DNA of 64,000 nucleotides from Plasmodiophora brassicae (Eukaryota): NCBI GenBank assembly GCA_036867785.1, contig CP145417.1, positions 1,240,001 to 1,304,000 of the forward strand, read 5' to 3'. Shown piece by piece: positions 10,259 to 22,968 of this stretch (position 1 is its first letter; each line of letters starts with the position of its first letter). The notes under the pieces were generated by a model. It saw only the letters and a program-made list of their open reading frames with translations, ran no database searches and was not told where the DNA came from. The position numbers and the translations under genes were made by a program.

Positions 10259-12006
10259 TTAGGATGGCGGTTTCAGCAGTGTCCGGCAGGAATCTGCTGA
10301 TACGTCATCGTCGTTATCGGGGCACGTGGGCGGATCGATGGCCGGCCCGTCGACGTCGACGTCTGGATCCAACCAGGGCGCAGCGACGTCCTGGATGCGT
10401 TCTGGGCCGTAAGTGGCCGCCAGGATCCGCATGACGTGCTGTTCCAGCGTCGACACGATCAGGTCGCAGTTGCTGATCGAGAACCCGGACGAGGACAGGG
10501 TGACGCGCGCCATCTGACAATCGTGCCCGGTGCCACACGACAGTGCGTCGTTCAACGACGCCGTCATCTCCTCAAAGACATGCCGCAACCGGGCGATATC
10601 GCACTCCAACGCATCGCATTCCCCTTGGACGGCCTGCACCTGACCATTGGTCCAGTCGATGGCTTGTCGGGTCGTTCGTCTACACGGGACGACAACGGCC
10701 GAGGAACGCGGCGGTGGCTGGTACTCGAGCGATTCCGACTGGCTCCTGATCTCGAACAGCTCCCTCTCGTAGGCGGCGCGCTCCAGGCTCAACCGGTGCA
10801 CTTCGTTGAACTTCCGTATCTGCTCCTCGTCGCTCGTCTGGAATCGCAGAACGACGGCGTCGAGATCGTCCTGCCCCGAGATCTTCATCAGCGATCGGGC
10901 CAGGGCGACCAGCTCCTGCTGGCGTTGCTGGGCGGCGAACAGCTCGGCTTTGTCCTTCGCGATGCGCCACGCCGTCCGCGACATGATCTGATCGACTGGG
11001 TCCATCACCTGGTTGTCGTCGTCGGGCATCCCAAAGTACATCTCCCCCTGCATCCGGACGATCTCCTGCTCGATCGCGCGATGCCTATCGTCCAGCTCGG
11101 CCGTCGTATGCCAATCCCGGACGAACGCCGCGTATTCGGCGTCGTTCCCCGCCTGCATCGGCACCAGCGCGTTCAGCGACGCCGACGTGGTCGTCTCCGC
11201 CGCCCGGATCCCATCCAGCAACGCCCGGATCTCGTCCTGCTTCTCCACGATCTGATCCTGCATCCGGGCCATCATCCTGTCGCGGGGTTAGCGGCCAAAA
11301 CGCTCTATTAGGGCGCCCGCTCATATAACTTACCGCTGGTCGGCCCGCCGCTCCAGGTTCAGGTCGTCGATCTGCTCGCGCAGCGCCCGGTTGCCGGTCC
11401 GAAGCTCGTTGGCGGCACGCTGCGTCATGTCCAGGCGATCGTCGAGGAAGGCGCGCATCGCCCAGCGACGCTTCGTCGCCGACGACGTTGGCATCGCCGG
11501 GTCGCTGTCGACGAACGGGCGGCGCTGTTCGATCTGTTCGCGGACGGCCGCGATCTCGTCGTTGATCTCGGCGAGAATGGCGCGACCCTGCCGGTCGGCG
11601 TAGGCGGCGATCCCATCCTGATCGCGCAAGCGCAAGTGCACGGAGCGTTGTTCGCGTGGTCGACCGGTCAGCACCTGGACGTGGCGTTGCGTGACCTCGA
11701 CGTCGTATCGGGACAAGGACGACGCGTTCTCCATTTCGGAGAGGACGCGAGAGTGCAGGCGCCGTCGCATGACGGATTTGATGGGCGCCGCCGAGTGCGC
11801 CCGATTCACATGGGCGAGGTCGAAGACGGCGCGATGCAGGGCTTCCAGCTGGTCGTTGGCTTCATCGAGGAACGTCTCGGCGCGCGCCGTAGAACTGTTT
11901 GCCGCTGGTGTCGGATCGCATGCGGCTGGTTAACGAACGCATAGAGGAGCGTACCTGGTGGGGACGCCTTCCTGGATGTGGTGACGGTTGACCATGGCAC
12001 TTGCAT
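10259..12006 (-). CDS. Coiled-coil outer dynein arm docking complex subunit (ODAD1/CCDC114/ODA1-like), spliced
   Basis: LDDRLDMTQRAANELRTGNRALREQIDDLNLERR and KISGQDDLDAVVLRFQTSDEEQIRKFNEVHRL resemble conserved ODA-DC2 blocks; ORFs 11330-11809 and 10259-11275 joined by short introns. Confidence 0.6.
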
Positions 12007-12257
12007 GGGATTTCGGGTCGGCGGTGGACGCGCGCGCCGCCCCCGGTGGCAACAACGATACGCGGTTGACGACCATCGCGGCTGAGACGTCGCGCTCGCT
12101 GGTCGCCTCTACTATTGTTTAACCCGAGTTTGACCGTACTCGCGCCTCCGGAGGATCGCGCCTCACAAGCAGGCCGTTTTCTGGACGTTGAACGACTGTG
12201 GAATAGTCCCGTGGGGATCCAGTCGAAACGAGTTGACGTCCGATTTCGAGCACCTGA

Positions 12258-12391
12258 TCAGGCAGTACAGAGCGAGGTTACCCTCCGACTTGTACCCTTG
12301 GGGCTCGCGTCTCACCCACTGCTTCAGGCAGTACAGAGCGAGGTTACCCTCCGACTTGTACCCTTGGGGCTCGCGTCTCACCCACTGCTTC
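12258..12391. repeat. Perfect 66-bp tandem duplication
   Basis: TCAGGCAGTACAGAGCGAGG...CCCACTGCT starts at 12258 and again at 12324. Confidence 0.95.
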
Positions 12392-12569
12392 GTGTCGACC
12401 ATGACCCACCAGGCAACAGTTGTACCTCAGTCCGGTAATGTTCCAGTAGTTGTAAATAGTGAAACTATATTCGCTCCCAACTTGGAGGTTCCGTCGAGTA
12501 CTTCTGCTGTCATTGGACCGTAGCAGTGCACACAAAGGGCAGCCACCGCTATGTAGTTCGAGTGAAAGG

Positions 12570-15500
12570 CTAAAAGACATCTGACGAGTTGTCCACCTTG
12601 CGGATATACGACCTGGGGATGTACCCTTTCCTGCCGTCCGCGGCGCGTGCGAATCCCCATCCTTCGCCGACGTCTTTGAACGATATGAACACGTCGCCAA
12701 CGGCGAACGACATTTCGCTGTTCTGGGCGTCGCCCACAAAGTCGTACAGCGCCTCGTAGACGAACGTCTTCTGCACGTGGGAACGCTGCTGGAACGTTTG
12801 GAACCCGGTGGGCGCGGTCGCACACGTCGTCCCGGTCGCCTCCGTCACCCGCTTGACCTTCTTCACCAGCGTCATCGACATCTCGCTGAGGAGGTCCTCC
12901 CAGGGCGTGCGTCGCATATCGGCACCGTCTTCCATCAACGCATGGTTGTCGTCTTCCGCCGACGCCGGATGCGTCAAGGCACTGAACGACGTCGACACGT
13001 TCGACGAGTGCACTCGCGAACGTGTCCTGTACGCCGCAGCGTCCACGTTACGCTCCAGCGGCGGGTCGGTCGGCACCATCGGCATCATATTCATCGGCAT
13101 GCGCCTCATCGTGGCCGGCGCCGCTGCCTGGTGCGCCTTCCTGTACTGCGTCGCCAGGATGTTCACCTGGTAGATGATCGCCAGGAGCACGGATATCGCG
13201 TCCAGAGCCAGGAACGCGGGTTCCGCGACGTCGTACTGGGCATTGTACGACGACGGTGCCGCAAGCGACCACGCCCATAACATGGTGGACGCGAGCAGGA
13301 CGACGCCCATCGACGACGTCAACGCGCTGACGAACAAGGCGATGTTCTTGTACGAGTTCGCCCGACTCGACAGGCGTTCGACGGCGTTGGATTGAGCGGT
13401 GAGGCGTTTCGCAATGGCACGCCCCGTGATCGGGATGATTAACGCCACCATCCCCGTGGATACACAGACGACCGCCGCTGCCAGGGTCGCCATCGGCTGG
13501 ATGTCGAAGGCGTACGCGACAAACAGCAACGGGCAGGGCGACACGGTGACAGCGAAGACGGAGAGTTTCAGGATCGACGAGATGAACTTCAGCACGGCGA
13601 CGTTCCGCTGGGTGAAGCACCCGGCCATGTCCTCGACGCCGACCCAGATGGTAGCCAGCAACGCGATCAGGTACACGAAGATGGCGAACTGGATCGCCTG
13701 CGTCATGGCGGCCAGCGTCAGGACGGCATACGGGTTCATCACCCCGGGCACCCGCCCCGAGACGGACCAGATCAGCGCCAGGCGCAGAACGGATTTCCCA
13801 GCGATGAACACGTTCATGACGCGGAACGACCGCAGGGCTTGCGCGTTGACGATCAGGGACGGGGCCAGATACGTGCACGCCAGCGCGGCGATAAGGGCAA
13901 CGCCGGATAGGAACGCGAACGTGAGCGCAACGACCGGGTTCAGGAGCGTCGGGGAGAACCCCGACGCCGACATGTCGCGTTCGACGAGAACAAAGTCGGT
14001 GAGGTGTGTACAGGCGCATGCGATTGGTGGTCCAACCACAGTGCACCCGGACGCGTTCATCGATGAGTGGTCGGGCGTGAACCACATGCACTGAACGTTG
14101 TCCACTGTCATCGTGCGGGACGGGACCGGCATGACCATGGTGACCGGGTTCGACAGGTTCCTCGCCGACATTGGCGTTGTCGACCCGTTAGCGTACAGGT
14201 TCACAGACAGGATGCCGACGTCCGTCCAGGAGGTCGATACAACGCCGAGCGGTACGCCGCCGTAACGGGAGCGTAACGACACGGGCAGATTCACGTTGCA
14301 CGATGACGAACACGTCTCGAACGCGTCGACGCGGTACGCTTCCAGCACGAACGCGCCCGTTGTTGTCGGCGCCTGACATGCGCTTCGACATTGTGACGAC
14401 GTCTCCACGTCGCTCAGCGCATCGAGTGCTAAACGGTCGACAATGGACTGACCAGACCGGTTAACGACGATTCATCACCGGAACGTGGCCGTTGCAGGTT
14501 ACCTGGATGGATGCGGTGGGTTTCTGAAGGGCGTTCACACAGGATGCGATCGTGAGCGAGACGGCCATGCGTGGGGAGGCGGTTAACGGAACCGGGGCGT
14601 TGTTGACGAAGAAGGTTACAGTCCGCATGGTATCACCGACCATATCCGGGGTGAGATCGGCTTGCGTCGTCATTGCTAACGCCCACGCGGCCGCTGCCCC
14701 CTGATCGGATGCTAAAGCAGCGCTTGCCATCATCGAGGAGACAACGTTGAGGAGCATCGCACGATCCGCTGCTCTTGTCGTGATAGAGGCGGCTGCCAGC
14801 GCGACATCGGCGCTGCTCAGGCCGGACGACACCCTCTGGGACACCAGGCCCGCCAGATCGACCGTGCTCGGCGGGGGAATCACAGCAACACTGACCGATG
14901 CTTTTCTGCATGTACGTTGTCCACGGGGCGTAATTAGGACAGCAGTGATGTTGAGCATGTGGCCGTTGGAGGGGTCACCAGCGGGTAAGACGGTTTGCAG
15001 GGCACCGACGCAGGCGCCGTTGCCTAACGCGCTCGGGTACATCCCGTGCATCATTACGAAGAATACGGCGCAATAAGGGGATGCCGGTGGCGTCACCGAC
15101 ATGGACAGAACGTCGACCAGCGACTGGATTGGCCCAGCGGACGGCGTCACCGTTATCGATAGCGGTCCCGACGACGTTCCGGCACCGGTCGTGACGGTTG
15201 CGTGCGCTTGGGTCGAAGCGCCGGCTAACGAGAGCGTCACAGTGAACGTGTACGTCCCGCCCGGTTGTAGAGCGCACGGCGCGATCCTCAGCTCGGAACT
15301 CGACAGGGACGTCAACACGACAGATGGGTCGGTGAGATCGGGAGCAGCGGGACCGGCGACCGCCCACCGCGCGAAGTCCCGGCCGAATTCGAATGCGGCA
15401 GTGGCCGCTGGAGACAGCACAGCCGTCAGGATCAGCGTCTGCGCCGTGTCAACCGCTCCTGCTGTGGGGCCCACTACCGACACCAGCGGCAACGATGGCG

Positions 15501-18500
15501 ACGAAGGCAGCGGGGACGACAATATTGCGGTCCGAAGAGGCGAACGCATGGTATGATGTCGTACCGACGTCGTGAACGGGCCCGCCTTTGCTGTCATTGT
15601 CTTCACCCTCGTCTGCGTTGAGAGCATCGTCGATTTCCGAGTCTGACGTCGCAACGATAGCGGAGTGTTCTGCATGGACCCTGTCGCAGTCGTCGCCTTC
15701 GCCTTCGCTTTGGTTGAATGAATCGTCGGTTTCCGGGCGGACATCGTTCGTGGTACGTTCGATGGCGTCGCATTGACGTTCACCGTTGTCGATTTTCTTG
15801 TAGGTTTTCGGGTTGAATGAATCGTCGACTTCCGAAGCGCCTGTTGTCGGGCGGACGTCGTTCGCGGTTTCGATGGCGTCGTATTCGCCTTCATCTTTGT
15901 CGACTTTCTCGTCGGTTTTCGGGTCTGATGGCGAGACGACGTTGCTGCCTTCATGGCAGGCGCTCGCGACGACGATGTCTTCGGTTTCATCAATCCCCCT
16001 ATCTTGGTTGCAGATTTGGACGACGACGCCTTCGGTTTGACAACGGTCGGCTTCTGAGTTGGCTTCCGGGTTTGGGTGGTCGTCTTCGGGACGAACATGG
16101 CCTGCACGGCGCTCTGTAGCAACGTGAAGGTCGTGGTGTCCCCGTCGAGGTTGTCTACAGCGAACCCTCCCAAGGTCATCGATTTGACATAGGCGGCCTT
16201 GGCCGTGATGGACGCCGGGTTCTCGTACGTAATGACGATTCTGCTTGCCGAATTGTACAGGAACGACACCATGCTGACCGGGTCCCACTGATCTGCCCAC
16301 GATCCTGGACTGGCCTGCATCAGCGCCACGACATCTCGATATCGATAATGGCCGCTGTCGTCCGTCGACCCGGTCGTGTAGGCGGACCCGGACGCCGAGA
16401 AGACGCCCGGGTAGAACGGCCCCGAGATGGACCCGGACAGCTGCCAGGCCTCACCGTAGACGGGCACACCCAAGACCAATTTGCAATGCGGCATGCCCCA
16501 ATTCAGAAGCTGGACGATATTGGCGTCGATCGAGGCATACGACATCGAAGCAATATTGAAGTGCAACGGATTCAGGTGTGCCGGCGAAGATGACCAGGTC
16601 CCCCTGTATGCCACATCGCATCAGCAAATGGAGGTTCAGCAAGCTAGCACGCGCGCGGCCCGTAACGCACCACATCCATTCGTTCCGGTACTCGATGAAG
16701 TCGACGTACGGGACGATGCCGGGTACGTCGTACATGGCGTACATTTCGTAGGCCATAGACGTCATCGTCAGCGTCAACAGCGCGCCGGGAGGCATTTGCG
16801 CTCGGAACATTTGCATCACAACCGGCAGCTGGGTCCTGTCCGTCGACAGGTGCGGGTCACTCTTGTAGCTGGCCCCAGTGACGGGGTTATCTGCAGCGGA
16901 TATTAGGGCGCCGCGCTCTATAGGTGACACTGTAGAACGTACTCCAGTAGATGTTCAACCCGTCGAACCCGTACTGCCGCATCATCGCAACGCACGACGA
17001 TACGAACGCCGACTGGTGGGCGGGAACCGACAGCAGCGAACTGAACAGGACGTCGGGGCCGAGCTGTAGGATCGTCTTCAGGTGCGGGTATTTCAGTTTC
17101 AACCGTCGCAGCTGATTGAAGTTGCCATGGTACGGGTCGTTGGTGTCATCGCCGAGCGCGTTCGTCCCGAGGACCTGCTGGATGTCGTACCATGCGGACT
17201 CGAAGTCGCATTGCCATGACGAGTTCGCCACTGCCGACTCGTAGATAACGTGGGTCAGGAGAGTGCCGTCGATGTCAGCGACGGCGAGGAACGACTGCTT
17301 GTAATTCGTGAACCGTCCGATGACCCGAGTCGCCGTCCTCAACGCAGGAACCCCGGCAGAGCTGGTCACCGGCGCACACGCACCGGGTGCTTGCTGCTGA
17401 TACCCGGGAATGGCGCCGCTCAAAGGCACAGCCGCCACCTGCCCCGAACAGGGCGCTGCACTCTTCAGCGCCGACTGCATGGTGGTCACGATCTGGAACG
17501 AGGACGTATCCCCGCTAAGGTCCAGGAACTTGACGCCGCCCAGGTTGTTGGAAGTGACATAGGCCGCCTTGGCGGCGGTGCTCTGCATCGTTTCCGTCGC
17601 AATCCAGACCAGAGTTGATGTGCTGTACAGGACGCTGGCGGCGCTGATGGAGTCCCACACGAACTGGTACGACCCGCCGGACGCGATTGACACGACGTCC
17701 CTGTATCGGAACATGCCACCATCAGTCGCACCCGTGGAGTACCCTGAACCTGTGGTGAACAGCGCCGGGAACGACGCGGCCACCGACTGCGACGTCGTCC
17801 AGGCCGGGAACGACAAGGGTACATCCAGGATGAACTTGCACGGGGGCACTCCGGCCGCCAGCGCCTGCTGGACCATGCCGTCGACCGTCTGCGTGTTCGG
17901 CGAGGCCAGGTTGTAGTACAGATTCGCGTAGTGCCCGGTGGAGGACGACCAGGTACCCCAGGAGCCGAACGTGTCCGCGTGGATCCAGTCGACTTGGTTG
18001 GCGATCGCCGCCAGGTCGTAGGTCGGGAACAAGGTGTCCTGCTGGTAGCGAATCGTTGTCGTCAGTAGCAGACCGGGATCTTGCGACCTGAATGCCGCCA
18101 GGAGCAGCGGCAGATTCGTCTTATCCGACGCGCTGTACACGTTCTTCGGGGCGCCCCCTCTCACTGGATATTCTATACATGGCACCCACCCGGTCAACAT
18201 TCGCAAGGCCCTATTGTCGTTGCCCCATCTGACGTACGCCAGCCGACATCAACGCCATCGAATCCGTAGTACCTGGCCAGTCCTGTGCATGAGGACGCCA
18301 ATAGGCGGCGGCCAGCGCTGGTGGAGGCAATCACGCTGAGGTTCGACGAGGACGACCACCCGCCAATCATGATGAGCGTTCGTAATCGGCCGACGTTGCC
18401 CGGTTGCTGCTTCAGGAGGCGTAGCTGGTAGAAATTGCCTTTGTACGGTGAGGCGTTCGTGTCGTCACCGAGGACATTCGGCCCAAACTGCTTCTGGGTG

Positions 18501-18751
18501 TCGCCCCAGACGTCGTTGACGACGCACTGGCCGTTGACGATGTCGAACTGCTCGTAGACGATCTCGGTGAGCAGAGAGCCATCGATGCCGGCGACTTGCA
18601 ACACACTCGATTTCCAGTTGACAAAGTGCCCGATGATGCGCGCTGACGTGCCCGGGCCAGTGGCCGAGCTCGAGCAATTCCGGCACGCCTGAGGTGCCGC
18701 TCGGGCTGGTGCCAGCCCATAAGCGGCGACGAACACCAGGAGCAGGTACAT
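12570..18751 (-). CDS. Adhesion-GPCR/polycystin-like receptor: signal peptide - 2x GH18-like - basic S/T stalk - REJ - GAIN/GPS - 7TM - SH3 (~1980 aa)
   Basis: Exons 18751-18238, 18172-16943, 16890-16671, 16603-14503, 14447-12570 splice in frame at GT-AG sites; GH18 blocks KGNFYQLRLLK, IGGW, GFDG; REJ-like LRIAPCALQPGGTYTFTVT; GPS CMW...GC...CACTHLTDF; seven hydrophobic segments; SH3 ALYDF...EMSFAVGD...GW...KGYIPRSY. Confidence 0.88.
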
Positions 18752-19146
18752 GGCTGTAGGTATATAGTTATTGTTTAGACAGGTACCATTGTTTGATCGT
18801 CCCCGTCTACGTCTGCGCAATGGAACGTGGTCCAGTAATGGAAAGACCAAATTAAAATCTACCCACCGATCATTCGTAGCAGGTACATCCACCATTTGAA
18901 AGGGCGCGAAGGCGGTTGCGCACGTCGCCCGGCAGGTACGACATGTTGCCAGCTACTATACGCCCGACGATTCGCCAAACATCGATTGGTAATACCACAC
19001 CACACGGGGAGCGGCCGGTGGTGATGGTCGATCGTACGTACAAGATTCTGGTGACAGGCGCCAACGTTACCTACCGGCCGTACTGTGTTAATATCGGCTC
19101 GCGACACAGGTGTCACTTCGTGTGTCGGCGGCGGCGTCCTGGATCG

Positions 19147-19737
19147 ATGCTGACGATGGTCAGCGACGACGTATTCGACTGGGCGGCGGCGCTGGACGCC
19201 GGCCACGCTACGCACAGCCAGTTCGACCTGGACGACCTGTTCGCCTACGACATCGTCACAGCCGATCACTCGTCGGCGACCAGCCTGGGTTCGTGCTCGT
19301 CGCCGACCTGTAGCAGTACGGGAACGGCGACCAGCACCAACGACGGTCCAGGCGCGTCTGCGCCGATCAAGACGACATGGACGCTGGAGGAGCGCCTGGC
19401 CCTGTACCGAGCGGCGCTTCGGATTGGGATCGGCGTCACCCCGGTACCGGACGCGTACCCGGGGCACCGTACGACCGCTGAGCAGAACATGGTGAACCGC
19501 GCGCCGACCCACAAACGGTACGCGACGCGCGTCGCCTGTACACATTGCGCCCGCTCCAAGCTTCGCTGCGACATGCAGCGCCCGTGCCAACGATGCATCG
19601 ACTGCGACACCGTCATCGAGTGCATCGATCGCGTCGGCCGGCGTCGCGGTCCCAAGCGGCGACAGCGCGACCCGTCCACCATCGTCGTCTGTACCAAACG
19701 TCAACGTACCGTCTCTGATATGATCCCCGCTTTCTGA
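19147..19737 (+). CDS. Zn(II)2Cys6 binuclear-cluster protein
   Basis: ACTHCARSKLRCDMQRPCQRCIDCDTVIEC = CX2CX6CX5CX2CX8C, followed by basic RRRGPKRR. Confidence 0.8.
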   Translation: MLTMVSDDVFDWAAALDAGHATHSQFDLDDLFAYDIVTADHSSATSLGSCSSPTCSSTGTATSTNDGPGASAPIKTTWTLEERLALYRAALRIGIGVTPVPDAYPGHRTTAEQNMVNRAPTHKRYATRVACTHCARSKLRCDMQRPCQRCIDCDTVIECIDRVGRRRGPKRRQRDPSTIVVCTKRQRTVSDMIPAF

Positions 19738-20400
19738 TACAATCGGTCGGCGAACGCAATCAACCGGCGGTGGTTGCCCTCGTGTCACTTTCCGGCGGCG
19801 TCGTTGTCGACACTCCCCGGTGGCGTCAGGCCAGCACTGTCGCTGCTCGCTGGCGGCGTCAGGCCAGCGCCATGGGCTGGCCTCCACTAAACGCGGGCAC
19901 ACACTGCGCTCGCGTGTGCGTTCGAAAGGTCGCGCTTAGCAGTTCTACGTCGCATGGGGACCATGCTAGCTAGCTGGTGAAGCGCGTCAAGGCCTGGTTG
20001 GCTGAATACCAGTACATCGACCCTGATCTGGCAAGGAACATTTCCGCCATTTGAAATTGATACTTTATTTGTTTCCACCGTAAGTATATGTAAGGTGGCT
20101 GCATCAGAACGTGCCAGTGGGTTCTCATTGGACGATGTGACAGATATCCACAATGACGTGACACTCGGGCGCAACGCCTCAGGTATAGGCCGGTCTCGCC
20201 AAACAGGGCGTTTGGACTGATTCCTGCGTCATTGATAGCCCGCTGAAGTTGGACGATGAAGTCCATCTGTGCCAGGCTCCGGAACGAGCGTTCTGTGCAT
20301 GCAGGCAGAATATGAGGATCGACATTTGACCCCCGTATGCCTTGGTGGCCCACCGTCAGCATTGCTGGTGGGACGCGGGCCGCATGTTGGCAAGTATTTA

Positions 20401-22461
20401 TTAATCCCAGTTGTTCCAGTCAGTGTTGCTGAGTTCGCTAACGTCGCTCTGGTGGACGTCCCCTCTTGAGGCTTGTAGTCGCCGTCCTTTGGGTAAATGT
20501 TTACTTCCTGTGGCGCCGCCAGGGGAAGGCTGTGCTTCAACTGCATAGGGGACAAAGACGTACAAAGGATGCGGGTCGGAGGCCGCTTCCATTTGGGACG
20601 GTGATGGTGGAGATGAATTCGACACGTGCACAGAATTTGGTATGACACGTGTCCCACCCGGGATAGGTGTTGACCGGTCCCGCGTACAGACGACGATAAC
20701 GATGATGATGGCAACAAGCACACCGACGATACTAAGCATAATCGCCATGGTCGTTGCCGTGAAAAGTGGGTACGTACTTGTCGTTGGATACGACGGCGGG
20801 GACGTGTTCGGTGACAAATAAAGTGCCTCACCCAGGGAATGAGTTGACGAGGCAATCTTCAAGGCGGGTGCAGGTTTCGATGTGAACGTTTGCAAGGCAT
20901 TCTTTGCGTCTGGTGATCCTGTCGGTTGGCTGGTTGCCATCCTTCGAACCAGTGACATCCCCGTGTGCTGTGAGGAAACCTTGTACGTGCTCGGGTGTTT
21001 AGAAGCAGGAAGAGGCGAACCAGCGGCCTGCGGCTTGGACGACACTGGGGGGATTGTTGTTCTTCGCGGCGCCAGCCCCGCCACCTGCCGGCGCGATGTC
21101 TTTGGCGTCAGAGGTTTAACCGATGTGCCCGGATGAATACGGTGCGTTGTGGACGGCATCGGACAGTACGGCAGAGGTGGATAAGGGGAGCTGAGCATCA
21201 TAGGTGGAGTAGGAACGCATCTACCGACTCCCGGGTTCATTGTCAGCTTCCTAGAGACCGGTTATTGAGATGGGGATTCACATCTCGGGCACTGAACGTA
21301 CACTGTCGTGAGAAGCTTATTGTATCGGAACAAGTCACGTGGCATCATAGCAACGTAATTATTACTGAGATCCCTGAACAAGCGTGTTTAGAGCTACATG
21401 CGCTTTTTGAAACGCTAACGTACAGATATGCCAGCGAGGTAAGAACGTCAAACACATGTGCCGGTACGGTCAACAACTTGCCCTGGAAAAATGATCTGTA
21501 ACCATCAGTTAGGCATGAACTCGCGTCAATGGTAGAGGACTCCTGAAACGGCGTACACGTAGGAAAGATACGGAGTGGCTTTGAACAGGTCGCTCGGCAG
21601 CTCCGTCATGGAATTGTATCCCAGCATTCTGTGGCATGAATTAGTTTGCGCGTGGGCAAACATACTCGACATACAAGGTCTGCAGCTGTGGTAGGGAGGC
21701 AAACATGTTCGCCGATACAACAGTAAGCTGATTCCATGTCAGCTCCCTGAGCAGATGGAGTTAGAACGCGCGCTATCTCATACATTGTACAACGCGCGAT
21801 AACTACAGGCAAGTCAATGACGGGACGCCAGAGAATGTCAAGTTTGTTATGGCAGGGATCGAGTTTCCATTCAACGACCTGGGATCGGAACTCATGTGAT
21901 CGAAGGAAATCGATCAGAAAGGGATGCGCGAACGAACAATGTTGTTAACGTCGGAATGGTGGCGAAAGGCCCTGACGGTATGGACATGATCCAGTTGTTT
22001 GATAAGGTTCTGCTCCACGACGGTTACATTCTGCAAAAGTCAAGTGGGAGCAATCGACCACACAAGGTTGTCAGCGCTATCAGAGCATCGAAAGCCTGTC
22101 CAGCGACTTCGGTAATCTGGTTATTACTTAGATCCCTAATGTGTTTGATCAGCGTAATAGTGTCCGGTACAGGACGCCACATATATACACTTTCGTGATA
22201 CTCGCAACGTCCAACCCCTGAAACCAGGCCGAAGTCACTCTCCCGTTGATCCGCTGGGAAAAACCAGACAGAACACTGAAACAGCAGCAATCAGGTGTCA
22301 AAGAAACATCATTATCCGAAGACATCCTACATGGCTCCACTGGATGGGCAGGTCGACGATGTACCGTACCAGACGCAGACGTTCCCTACTACCGACATCG
22401 CCATCATGGACGCAGTAACACCGAAGGCAAACACGGACGCTCCCCATCGATGCTGCGGCAT
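20401..22461 (-). CDS. Single-pass LRR receptor-like protein
   Basis: Exon 1 signal peptide plus GNVCVWY cap; one longer and seven 72-nt LRR exons (e.g. DLSNNQITEVAGQAFDALIALTTL); last exon S/T/P stalk, TM MAIMLSIVGVLVAIIIVIVVC and short tail. Confidence 0.85.
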
Positions 22462-22968
22462 ATGGTCTACCTCGTGTAGGCAAACGTACGATTTGTCGAT
22501 CTCGAATCGAAATATCCAGTTGAACGATATCGAAGGTATTGAGGCTCCAGGGCACCGATGGTCTGTGCGAAACATTTATTCGGGCAGCTTCGCCTGATCA
22601 TTGACGGCCGACATTACACTCGCCATGGGAAAACTAGGAAAAATGCCATTTTTGGGTGCTTGCAGCCAAACGCGCCCTAAATGCCTTTAAGCGAAGTTTC
22701 CATATCAACGTTCGTACTGAATAACGTGCGTGTATCGACATTCAACCTGAACAGGATCCTGTTACGTCGACGCCATCGCAACAGCAATACCGTCGAACGG
22801 ACCGAACGTTTGATGGACAAATCCGGCACGCGCTGCGCCACAGGCTGCTGCTCGACAACTGATCAGTGGCGATCCATCCTCTGAGCCACTATTGCAGTCC
22901 AAGCGTATTGTGCCATCCGGATCTGTGATGGGCAGGCAGCCCATAGTTGGACGGAGTGAAGGGAGGGC

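Noticed and set aside
12570-14447. Calling the receptor a classical polycystin-1 channel subunit
   Set aside because: Only seven hydrophobic segments follow the GPS, and I see no PLAT or channel domain
14461-18895. Three separate chitinase genes, or an active chitinase
   Set aside because: The ORFs splice into two domains of one protein, and the apparent catalytic Glu codon is split by an intron to give Gln
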